A DNA stretch of 64,000 nt, from positions 160,001 to 224,000 of the forward strand of contig CAVVNQ010000003.1 in the NCBI GenBank assembly GCA_963749705.1, given 5' to 3'. Origin of the DNA: an uncultured Chloroflexia bacterium. Lineage in GTDB: Bacteria; Chloroflexota; Limnocylindria; Limnocylindrales; CSP1-4. Within the stretch, counting starts at the first letter, position 1; every line of letters begins with the position of its first letter. The notes beneath the pieces were generated by a model, which did not search any database, was not told where the DNA came from, and was given only the letters and a program-made list of their open reading frames with translations. This document shows, piece after piece, positions 28,007 through 36,391 of the stretch. A program made the position numbers and the translations under genes.

Positions 28007-29371
28007 TCACTCGGAGTAGATCAGCTCCCGGACGGCGGCGACCTCGCGCCGCATCTCGTCGTTGACCTGCATCTCGCGGTTGATCTTGTCGCACGCGTGG
28101 AGCACGGTGGAGTGGTCGCGTCCGCCGAGCTCGGCGCCGATGCGGAGCAGGGAGACGTCCGTCTCCTCGCGCATCAGGTACATCGCGATCTGGCGCGGCA
28201 CCACGATGCTCTTCTCGCGCTTCTGGCCCTGGAGCGCGTCCATGCCGACGCCGTAGTAGTCGGACACGGCCCGGGCGATCCGCTCCGGGGTCACCTGGCG
28301 CTTCTTGGGGTTGTACAGGACGTTCGAGAGCACGGCCTGCGCCAGCTCGATCGAGACGGGCATCGCCCCCATCGAGGCGTACGCGACGATCCGGTTGAGG
28401 GCGCCCTCGAGCTCGCGGATGTTGGACACGACCTTGCGCGCGATGAACTCGATCACATCGGACGTGATGGGCGTTCCCTGCTCCTCGGCCTTCGCCCGCA
28501 GGATCGCGATCCGCGTCTCCAGGTCCGGGGCCGTGAGGTCCGCGATCAGGCCCCATTCGAACCGGCTGCGGAGGCGCTCCTCGAGCGTCAGGATGCCCTT
28601 GGGTGGCCGGTCCGAGGACAGCACGATCTGCTTGCCGTCCTCGTGGATCGCGTTGAACGTGTGGAAGAACTCCTCCTGGGTCCGTTCCTTGTCGGCGATG
28701 AACTGGATGTCGTCGATCAGGAGCAGGTCGATCCGGCGGTAGCGGGCGCGAAACTCGTCGATCTTGCCCTGCTGGATCGAGGTGATGAACTCGTTGGTGA
28801 ACTTCTCCGAGGTCGCGTAGACGACGCGCTTGCGCGGGAACTTGCCCACGACCGCGTTGCCGATGGCGTGCATCAGGTGGGTCTTGCCCAGCCCGACGCC
28901 GCCGTACAGGAACAGCGGGTTGTAGGCGTGTCCGGGACGCTCGGCGACCGACAGCGACGCGGCATGGGCAAGCCGGTTGGCCGACCCGACGATGAAGTTC
29001 GAGAAGGTGTACCGCGCGTTGAGGTACGTCGCACCACCTGCCGCGCCCTCGGGCGCGCCGACCCGCGTGGGCTCCACGCGGACGGGCTGGGCCGCGGTTT
29101 CGGCGGCCGCCACCTTGGCGTCGCCGTTGGCGGTGACCACGAACTCGACCTGGACGCTGTAGCCGACGACCCGGGCCAGCGTCTGGGAGATCAGCGACCG
29201 GTAGCGGGTCTCGAGCCAGTCCTTGGCGAAACCGTTGGGGACCGCGATCCTGAACCGCTGGTCGTCCACGTCCACCAGGTGCGTGTCGCGGAGCCACGTC
29301 TCGTAGTTGGCGGGCGACAGGGATACCTGCAGCTCTCCGAGTGCGGCACGCCAGACCTGCTTCGCGTCCAT
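28007..29371 (-). CDS. dnaA: Chromosomal replication initiator DnaA
   Basis: YNPLFLYGGVGLGKTHL, LLIDDIQF, RLRSRF and GGRDHSTVLHA. ATG 29371. Confidence 0.98.
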   Translation of the reverse strand: MDAKQVWRAALGELQVSLSPANYETWLRDTHLVDVDDQRFRIAVPNGFAKDWLETRYRSLISQTLARVVGYSVQVEFVVTANGDAKVAAAETAAQPVRVEPTRVGAPEGAAGGATYLNARYTFSNFIVGSANRLAHAASLSVAERPGHAYNPLFLYGGVGLGKTHLMHAIGNAVVGKFPRKRVVYATSEKFTNEFITSIQQGKIDEFRARYRRIDLLLIDDIQFIADKERTQEEFFHTFNAIHEDGKQIVLSSDRPPKGILTLEERLRSRFEWGLIADLTAPDLETRIAILRAKAEEQGTPITSDVIEFIARKVVSNIRELEGALNRIVAYASMGAMPVSIELAQAVLSNVLYNPKKRQVTPERIARAVSDYYGVGMDALQGQKREKSIVVPRQIAMYLMREETDVSLLRIGAELGGRDHSTVLHACDKINREMQVNDEMRREVAAVRELIYSE

Positions 29372-29549
29372 TCCTGCGATCGTGATCCTGGCTGCAAGAG
29401 GGGCTTCGATGGGTAACGCCGACCGCGGAGACCTGGTCAAGGAAGGGTCGCCGCACAACCGCGCAACAATCCTGCCGGAGCCGCTGGACTGCAGTGCAGG
29501 CTTCCCCTCGGGAGGTGACCCGCGGCGTCCCGGCGCCTGAGGCTCGGGA

Positions 29550-29579
29550 ACAATACACCGGTCTGCGGGGCCGTCGCAA
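29550..29579 (-). promoter_or_regulatory. Putative dnaA promoter
   Basis: Minus strand TTGCGA-N18-TATTGT. Confidence 0.4.
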
Positions 29580-29677
29580 GGCGAATCCGGGATACTCCCC
29601 TGGGGTATCGTGCGGGATGCCCCGGGGGTGGTCCGTGCGGGCGCCGCGGCCGGGTCGTCCGGGCCGGGGTCGGGCGT

Positions 29678-29707
29678 TTGACACCCCTTCCCGAACCGCC
29701 ATATCAT
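29678..29707 (+). promoter_or_regulatory. rpmH operon promoter
   Basis: TTGACA-N18-TATCAT. Confidence 0.7.
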
Positions 29708-29821
29708 CCCCCGGACGAACACGCGCCGTCGCGCTTCAGGGCGCTCGGCGCGTTTGCGTGCCTCTAGGGGTCGGAGCTTCCGGGTCCCAGGGCCGGACGG
29801 AGAGGATCACGGACAGTCCCG

Positions 29822-29959
29822 ATGGGCAAGCCGACATTTCAGCCCAAGAAGCGGCATCGCGCCAAGGAGCACGGGTTCCGCGCCCGAATGCGGACGACCG
29901 GCGGGCGGCGCGTGATCGCAACGCGGCGCGCGAGAGGCCGGAAGAAGCTCACGGCCTGA
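29822..29959 (+). CDS. rpmH: 50S ribosomal protein L34 (missing from ORF track)
   Basis: Manual translation [45 protein letters not shown]. Confidence 0.97.
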   Translation: MGKPTFQPKKRHRAKEHGFRARMRTTGGRRVIATRRARGRKKLTA

Positions 29960-29994
29960 CCGGCGAGCGCAGTCACAACTCGCTGCGACTCGTC

Positions 29995-30330
29995 ATGCTC
30001 TCCCACCCGGGCGACTTTGCCCGGCTGGCGGAGGGAGGCGTCGGAAGGACGCACCCGCTGCTCGTCGGACGCTTCGTCCACACCGGCCTTGACCAGACCA
30101 GGATCGGACTGGCCACCGGCAAGCGGCTCGGGGGGGCCGTGGACCGGAACCGCGTCCGGCGACGGATCCGCGAGGTGCTCAGGGTGATGGCGCCCTCGTT
30201 CCAGCCCGGCTGGGATGTCCTCATCATCGCCCGGCCCGCACTCGTCGCGGCCGACCACGACGCACTGGTCGGTGCACTGCGCCGGGTCCTCCGTTCGGGG
30301 GGCGTGCTCGGAGGTCAATCGGAGTCATGA
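29995..30330 (+). CDS. rnpA: Ribonuclease P protein component
   Basis: [25 protein letters not shown]; lies between rpmH and yidD. Confidence 0.93.
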   Translation: MLSHPGDFARLAEGGVGRTHPLLVGRFVHTGLDQTRIGLATGKRLGGAVDRNRVRRRIREVLRVMAPSFQPGWDVLIIARPALVAADHDALVGALRRVLRSGGVLGGQSES

Positions 30331-30545
30331 GTCGCGTCGGGGTCACGATCGGTGTGGGACTGATCCGCCTGTATCGGGTCCTGTTCGCATGGCTCCCGTC
30401 CGGATGCCGCTTCGAGCCCACGTGCTCGCGTTATACAGAACAGGCAATCCGCAAGTACGGCCTGCTCCGTGGGAGCTGGATGGGTGCCCGGCGCATCGCC
30501 CGCTGCCACCCGTGGAACCCCGGCGGCTACGACCCCGTTCGCTGA
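30327..30545 (+). CDS. yidD: Membrane protein insertion efficiency factor
   Basis: [23 protein letters not shown]. Confidence 0.95.
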   Translation: MSRVGVTIGVGLIRLYRVLFAWLPSGCRFEPTCSRYTEQAIRKYGLLRGSWMGARRIARCHPWNPGGYDPVR

Positions 30546-30561
30546 GGAGCGAGAACACCGC

Positions 30562-31734
30562 GTGACCCGTCTCCAGAGCCTGCTCGTCCGGTTGGCGCCG
30601 CTGCTCCTGATCATCGGCGTCGCCCTGTTCGTCTCCGCGTGTGTCGCGGCGCCCGGCGGCGGCGGCAGCGGCGGCTCGCTCGCGCCGTCGCCGACGCTGA
30701 GCCAGGGTCCGCTGAACCCATCGAGCCCGGGTGCAAACCCCGTCGACCTGCTGGCGTGGGCGTTCACGCCGATCTTCCAGCTGCTGTTCCTGTTGCTCGT
30801 GGTCTTCGACCAGCTGACGGGCAGCATCATCATCGCGATCATCATGCTGACGATCGTGATCCGGATCGCGGTCATCCCCCTGTACCGCAAGCAGCTCGTC
30901 GGCACCCGGCAGATGCAGCTGCTCCAGCCCGAGGTCAAGGAGCTCCAGCGCAAGTACAAGGGCGACCGCGTCAAGTCGCAGGCGGCCGTCCAGGAGTTCT
31001 ACAAGCAGCGAGGCGTCAACCCCGCGCAGGGCTGTCTGCCGATCGTTCTCCAGTTCGGGCTCCTGATCCCGATGTACTCGGTGTTCAACCAGGGGCTGAC
31101 CAACCACGACGTCAACCCGATGCTCAACGTGTTCGGCGTCCAGCTGTTCAAGCTCGACTGCGCGCCACAGGCGATCTTCAGCGCGGCCGGGCACGTCACC
31201 AATCCCTGCCTCAATCCCAACGCGCTGGGAATCAACTGGAGCCTCGCCGAGCCGGTGACCACGGGCCTGGCGATCGCGGGCTTCGGGATCAGCATCCTTG
31301 CGATCGTGTCGTCCCTCGTCCAGCTGGTCGCGTCACGCATGACGCTCCCGGTCACGGACCCCAAGAACGACGACCAGAACACGAAGGTCCAGCGGCAGAT
31401 GGCCTACTTCCTGCCGCTGATCTCGATCGTCTACGGCGGCTTCCTGCCGGCCGGCCTGTTCCTGTACTGGATCACGGCGACGATCATCCAGATCATCCAG
31501 CAATATCTGATCATCGGCTGGGGCGGGATGTTCCCCATCTTTGGCTGGTATCCGGCATTCGCGCGGGGTCACACGCCGCGGTTCCCGGTCCAGATCCCGA
31601 AAGCCAAGCCGCCCGCACCGGGTCAACCCACAAGCGCGGCGGAGCGCGCAAAATCTGTCGACCGCGACCTCTCGGCCAAGTCGACGATCCGGCCCAACCG
31701 AACGCGGGGCGGCCGACGAGGGAGACGACGCTGA
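30562..31734 (+). CDS. yidC: Membrane protein insertase YidC (possible lipoprotein)
   Basis: MQLLQPEVKELQRKYK, GVNP..GCLP and PAGLFLYW. Lipobox-like VSAC. Confidence 0.93.
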   Translation: MTRLQSLLVRLAPLLLIIGVALFVSACVAAPGGGGSGGSLAPSPTLSQGPLNPSSPGANPVDLLAWAFTPIFQLLFLLLVVFDQLTGSIIIAIIMLTIVIRIAVIPLYRKQLVGTRQMQLLQPEVKELQRKYKGDRVKSQAAVQEFYKQRGVNPAQGCLPIVLQFGLLIPMYSVFNQGLTNHDVNPMLNVFGVQLFKLDCAPQAIFSAAGHVTNPCLNPNALGINWSLAEPVTTGLAIAGFGISILAIVSSLVQLVASRMTLPVTDPKNDDQNTKVQRQMAYFLPLISIVYGGFLPAGLFLYWITATIIQIIQQYLIIGWGGMFPIFGWYPAFARGHTPRFPVQIPKAKPPAPGQPTSAAERAKSVDRDLSAKSTIRPNRTRGGRRGRRR

Positions 31735-31735
31735 C

Positions 31736-32764
31736 ATGAGCGAATACCAGGAGTTCACCGGCAAGTCCGTCGAGGAAGCCATCAAGGGGGCCTGCGAGGC
31801 GTTCGGGGTGGGGCTCTCGGATCTCGACTTCGAGATCCTGACGCCGGGCAGCCGCGGTGTGCTGGGCATGGGCGCGGAGCCGGCCCGGATCGTCGCGGCA
31901 CCGCGCAGCGCCCTGGGCGGTGCCGCCCCCAAGCGCGCCAAGGCCGAGGCGACGCCGCTTCCCGCACCGGCACCACAGGAAGACCGCGGCTTCGATCGCG
32001 AGCGGCCGCCGCGCCGTGACGATCGAGGCGACCGGGGCCCGCGGCGCGACGCCGATCGCCCTCCGCGCCGGGACGCGAGCCCCGCCGGTGACCGCCCCGC
32101 ACGAGGCGAGCGCTCGCCGCGGCGTGAGGATCGAGGCGACCGGGGTCCGCGGCGCGACGCCGACCGACCGCCGCGCCGCGAGGACCGCCCGTCGCGCGGG
32201 AGCACCGAGCTGACCCCCGCCGAGATGGCCCAGCTGTCCACGGCGCGTGGCTCGCTCGCGATGGAGCGGGCCGAGCTGGAGGCCGCGGAGGCAACCCCCG
32301 AGGCGCTGGCCGCCGGACGCGAGATCCTCGAGACCCTCATGGCCCACCTGGGCTTCGAGGGGGTGAGCGTCGAGATCCGCGAGGGCGAGACCAGCCGGCT
32401 CAACGTCGTCGGGGACGGCGCGGACCGGGAGGCGCTCGGGTCGCTGATCGGGCGCAAGGGCGAGCGGCTGTCGGCGCTCCAGCACCTCGTGAACCTGATG
32501 CTCTCCCGGCGCACGGGTCAATGGACCCGGGTCCTGGTCGATGTCGAGGACTACCGCGGACGTCGCGAGCGACAGCTGGCCGAGCTGGCCCAGCGCGCCG
32601 CGGAACGCGTCCTCGAAACCGGCAAGATGCTCCAGCTGGAGCCGATGCCCGCGCTCGAGCGTCGCTGGGTCCACCTGGCCCTGCGCGATCACGAGGGCGT
32701 CGGGACGCAGTCGATCGGCGAGGAGCCGAACCGACGGGTGGTGGTCCTTCCCCGCAACGCCTGA
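31736..32764 (+). CDS. jag: RNA-binding protein Jag/KhpB (Jag_N, KH, R3H)
   Basis: EFTGKSVEEA, LIGRKGERLSALQ, DVEDYR and ERRWVHLAL..SIGEEPNRRVV. Confidence 0.93.
   Translation: MSEYQEFTGKSVEEAIKGACEAFGVGLSDLDFEILTPGSRGVLGMGAEPARIVAAPRSALGGAAPKRAKAEATPLPAPAPQEDRGFDRERPPRRDDRGDRGPRRDADRPPRRDASPAGDRPARGERSPRREDRGDRGPRRDADRPPRREDRPSRGSTELTPAEMAQLSTARGSLAMERAELEAAEATPEALAAGREILETLMAHLGFEGVSVEIREGETSRLNVVGDGADREALGSLIGRKGERLSALQHLVNLMLSRRTGQWTRVLVDVEDYRGRRERQLAELAQRAAERVLETGKMLQLEPMPALERRWVHLALRDHEGVGTQSIGEEPNRRVVVLPRNA
32007..32190 (+). repeat. Imperfect in-frame duplication in the jag linker
   Basis: PRR(D/E)DRGDRGPRRDADRPPRR occurs twice. Confidence 0.8.
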
Positions 32765-32896
32765 CCGGCGGCGCGCCCCGGCCCGACGGTCGCCGGCCCG
32801 CGATGGCCAAATGGGGGGTGGACGTCGCGCCATGACTGCCGCACGATCGCGATTCCTCGCGATCTTCGCGTCCCCTTGCTAGGATCCGCCGCACCG

Positions 32897-34870
32897 ATGA
32901 CGATCGAGCCCGAGACCATCCCCGCCGACCCGTCCGCCACGCCGCCCGCGCCCCGGCGCAGGTCGCGCTGGGTTCGATTCGGCCTGGCGTTCCTGCTCGG
33001 CATCGCCCTCGTCGCGGGTGTCGGTGGTGGCGCCCTGTTCGCCTACGGCCAGCAGTACGCCGGTCGCATCCTGCCGGGCGTCCGTGTCGGAGACGTGGAC
33101 CTCTCGGGCCTGTCGGTGGCGGCCGCACGTGCGGCGCTCGCCGACCGATACGCCAGCCTGAGCACCGGGCGCGTGGACATCGTCGGGCCCGATGGCGACC
33201 TGACCATCGGGTACGCGGAGATCGGGCGACAGGCCGACGTGGACGGCATGCTTGCCGCCGCCATCGCGGCGGGTCGACGCGGAGAGCCGTTCGCGGACCT
33301 GATCGGCGTACCGCAGGCGGCGCTGCACGGGATCCAGCTCGCGCCGGCCGTCAGCTATGACCGCCAGAAGCTTGCCGATGCCATCGCGACCCTGGCCAGG
33401 ACGATCGACATCGACCCGGTCAACGCGTCCGTGACCACGAACCCCGACGGGTCGTTCACCCTGTCCCCGGCCCGGGACGGCCGGATGGTCGACCAGGCCG
33501 CGCTGCTCGCGGACATCGAGGCGCAGATCTCCCGAGCGGACGCCCCGGCCGAGACGCACGCCGAGGCGTCGATGGTCATGCGCAAGCCCGACATCAGCAC
33601 GGCCGCCGCCACCGAGGCGCAGGCCGCGGGGGAGCGCATGGCGGCGGACCTGGTGCTGACCCGCGGCGAGGAGCACTGGACGATCCCGTCCGCCGAGCTG
33701 CAGAAGCTCGTGACCTATTCGGTCGGCACGGACGGGAAGCTCACCCCCTCCCTCGACGTGGCGGGGATCGACCCGCTCCTCGACGTCGTGGCGAAGGACG
33801 TCGACCAGGCACCGACGAGCGCCACCTTCAAGCTCAGCGGCAGCAAGGTGATCCTCGGATCGGACAGCGCCGAGGGCCGCCAGATGGACATCGCGGCGAC
33901 CCGCGCGCTGGTCGTCGACGCCCTCATGGCGCGCGAATCCGGCCAGCCCGACCCGGTCGTCCAGCCGGTCGTCTCGGTCACCGAGCCCGCCCTGACCACC
34001 GAGCAGGCCAAGGCGCTGGCTCCCAAGATGAAGGAGATCGGGCGCCACAAGACGTACTTCCCGGTCTACGTGAACAACGGCTACGGGGCCAACATCTGGA
34101 TCCCGGCCAAGCTCATCAACGGCTATGTCCTCGAACCCGGCGCCAGGTTCGACTTCTGGGATGCCATCGGTGACGTCACCCGGGAGAAGGGCTACAAGGA
34201 CGGCGGGGCCATCATCAACGGCAAGACCGAGCCCCAGGGCGCCCTCGCGGGCGGCATCTGCTCCTGCTCCACGACGCTGTTCAACGCTGCGCTCAAGGCG
34301 GGCATGAAGATGGAAGCCCGGCGCAACCACTACTACTACATCTCGCGCTACCCGCTGGGGCTCGACGCCACCGTGTTCATCTCGGCCTCGGGCTCCAAGC
34401 AGACCATGAGCTTCACCAACGACACGCCGTACCCGGTGCTCATCCGCGGGATCAACACCCGGATCGGCAACAGCGGCTACGTGACGTTCGTGCTGTACAG
34501 CGTGCCGAACGGCCGATCGGTCCACATCGATCCCGCCATCGTCAAGAACGTCCACCCGGCGAAGGACACGATCGAGTACACGAGCAGCCTGCCCAAGGGC
34601 ACCTCGAAGCGCGTGGAATACCCGACGGACGGCAAGGACGTGTGGCGGACGGTCACCGTCAAGGACGCCGACGGCAAGGTCATCCGCCAGACGACGTACT
34701 ACTCGCACTACTCGACGGTCAACGGGGTCCTGATGGTCGGCACCGGCGGCAGCGCGCCCAAGCCCAGTCCCACCGCGACGCCCAAGCCTGCGAGCCCCAC
34801 ACCCACGGCGACGCCCAAGCCTGCCAGCCCCGCCCCGACCGCAGCGCCCACCGCCTCTCCCGCTCCCTGA
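32897..34870 (+). CDS. VanW-family protein with putative peptidoglycan-binding repeats and a G5-like C-terminus
   Basis: TM, ILPGVRVGDVDLSGLS, GGICSCSTTLFNAAL and RRNH..YPLGLDATV. Confidence 0.85.
   Translation: MTIEPETIPADPSATPPAPRRRSRWVRFGLAFLLGIALVAGVGGGALFAYGQQYAGRILPGVRVGDVDLSGLSVAAARAALADRYASLSTGRVDIVGPDGDLTIGYAEIGRQADVDGMLAAAIAAGRRGEPFADLIGVPQAALHGIQLAPAVSYDRQKLADAIATLARTIDIDPVNASVTTNPDGSFTLSPARDGRMVDQAALLADIEAQISRADAPAETHAEASMVMRKPDISTAAATEAQAAGERMAADLVLTRGEEHWTIPSAELQKLVTYSVGTDGKLTPSLDVAGIDPLLDVVAKDVDQAPTSATFKLSGSKVILGSDSAEGRQMDIAATRALVVDALMARESGQPDPVVQPVVSVTEPALTTEQAKALAPKMKEIGRHKTYFPVYVNNGYGANIWIPAKLINGYVLEPGARFDFWDAIGDVTREKGYKDGGAIINGKTEPQGALAGGICSCSTTLFNAALKAGMKMEARRNHYYYISRYPLGLDATVFISASGSKQTMSFTNDTPYPVLIRGINTRIGNSGYVTFVLYSVPNGRSVHIDPAIVKNVHPAKDTIEYTSSLPKGTSKRVEYPTDGKDVWRTVTVKDADGKVIRQTTYYSHYSTVNGVLMVGTGGSAPKPSPTATPKPASPTPTATPKPASPAPTAAPTASPAP
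34769..34861 (+). repeat. 33-bp tandem repeat encoding a P/T/S-rich tail
   Basis: PTATPKPASPT / PTATPKPASPA / PTAAPTASP. Confidence 0.8.
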
Positions 34871-34960
34871 GCCGGTCCCCCGCCGTGTCGCGCGCCGTCC
34901 CCCCATGTCGGAAGGCTGCGTCGAACCGCCGGGCCCAGCCGCGATGACCCGCGAGCGGCG

Positions 34961-35593
34961 ATGATGGACGCCGGACTGCTCGCCCGCGGGCTGGCGATCG
35001 GCGTCGCGATCGCGGCGGGACTGGGCCCAGTCGGCCTGCTCGTCATCCGGCGCACCATCGACCACGGCTGGGCGCACGGGCTGATCTCGGGACTGGGCGT
35101 CGCGACCGCCGATGCAACGTACGGAGCCGTCGCGGCGTTCGGCCTGACGGCGGTGACCGAGACCCTGGTGGGGATCGACCGGCCGCTCGGGGTCATCGGC
35201 GGCGTGGTGCTGCTGGTCCTGGCCGCCCGAGCGCTTCGCGCGGCGAGTGCGGGTGCCGCCCGGCGCGAGGTCCCCGAGCGTGGCCGGCTTGGACATCCGG
35301 CGGCCGCGTGGGCGTCGATGGTCGGCCTCACGCTGACCAACCCCGCCACGATCCTGTCGTTCGCGGCGCTGTTCGCGAGCATCGGCGCGGGCAGCAGCGG
35401 CATCGCCGGCGCCGGCAGCGTCGTGATCGGCGTGTTCCTCGGCTCGGCCGCCTGGTGGCTGCTGCTGACCGGGCTCGTGGCCGGTCTGCGCGCCCGGCTC
35501 ACGCCCCGCGTGATCCGCGGGCTCAACCTTGCGTCGGGGATCATCATCGGTGGCTTCGGCGTCGTCGCGATCGTGTTCGGCGTCGCCGGCTGA
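34961..35593 (+). CDS. LysE-family translocator
   Basis: GPVGLLVIRRT, GLGVATAD, TLTNPATILSF and GSAAWW. Confidence 0.9.
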   Translation: MMDAGLLARGLAIGVAIAAGLGPVGLLVIRRTIDHGWAHGLISGLGVATADATYGAVAAFGLTAVTETLVGIDRPLGVIGGVVLLVLAARALRAASAGAARREVPERGRLGHPAAAWASMVGLTLTNPATILSFAALFASIGAGSSGIAGAGSVVIGVFLGSAAWWLLLTGLVAGLRARLTPRVIRGLNLASGIIIGGFGVVAIVFGVAG

Positions 35594-35661
35594 CCGCCGG
35601 ACCTGGCGAGGCCGAGCGCCACGGCGCGACCCGCGGGCCGGACCTCCCCTACGATCGTTGC

Positions 35662-36342
35662 GTGCGATCCCACATCCCGCTGCCCGCGGCCGCCCTGTTC
35701 GACTGGGACGGCACGATCGTCGATACCCTGCCGCTGATCTATCGCGCCAACGTCACCGTGCTGCGCGAGATCGGCATCAGCATGGACCGGACCTGGTTCC
35801 GCGAGCGGTACACGCCCGACTGGCGCAGCTCCTACCGCGAGCTGGGCATCCCCGAGCATCTGTGGGACGAGGTCGCGGCGCGCTGGGCCGTCGAGATGCA
35901 GCGCGGTCGTCCCCGGGCGCTGCCGTGGGCTCGCGGAGCCCTCCGCAGGCTCGGGCGCCGAGGCGTGCGGCTCGGGCTGGTCACCGCCTCGACGCGCGGG
36001 GTCGTCGAGCCGAACATCGCGAGGCTCCGCCTCGAGGGCGTGTTCGCGGCCATCCGCTGCTCGGACGACGTGACCCATTCCAAGCCGCATCCGGAAGCGC
36101 TGCTCAGCGCGCTCGACGAGCTGGACGTGCCGGCCGCGGAGGCGGTCTACGTCGGCGATTCGACCGTCGACCTCGAGATGGCGACCGCCGCGGGAACCCC
36201 GTTCATCGCCGTCGGCGCCACGACCACCCCGGAGGCGTTCCGGGCCGCCGGCGCGCCGCGGGTGTGGCCCGGGGTCGGCGCGTGGGCGGACGCGCTGCTC
36301 GGATCGAATGGATCGCGGAGGGCGAGTCGCACACGCCCTTGA
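35662..36342 (+). CDS. HAD-superfamily phosphatase
   Basis: FDWDGTIVDT, KPHPE and YVGDSTVD. Confidence 0.9.
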   Translation: MRSHIPLPAAALFDWDGTIVDTLPLIYRANVTVLREIGISMDRTWFRERYTPDWRSSYRELGIPEHLWDEVAARWAVEMQRGRPRALPWARGALRRLGRRGVRLGLVTASTRGVVEPNIARLRLEGVFAAIRCSDDVTHSKPHPEALLSALDELDVPAAEAVYVGDSTVDLEMATAAGTPFIAVGATTTPEAFRAAGAPRVWPGVGAWADALLGSNGSRRASRTRP

Positions 36343-36391
36343 TTCGTGCCGTCCGGCACGGCCGGACGTCGGAGAGGCTTCGTAGGATGAG

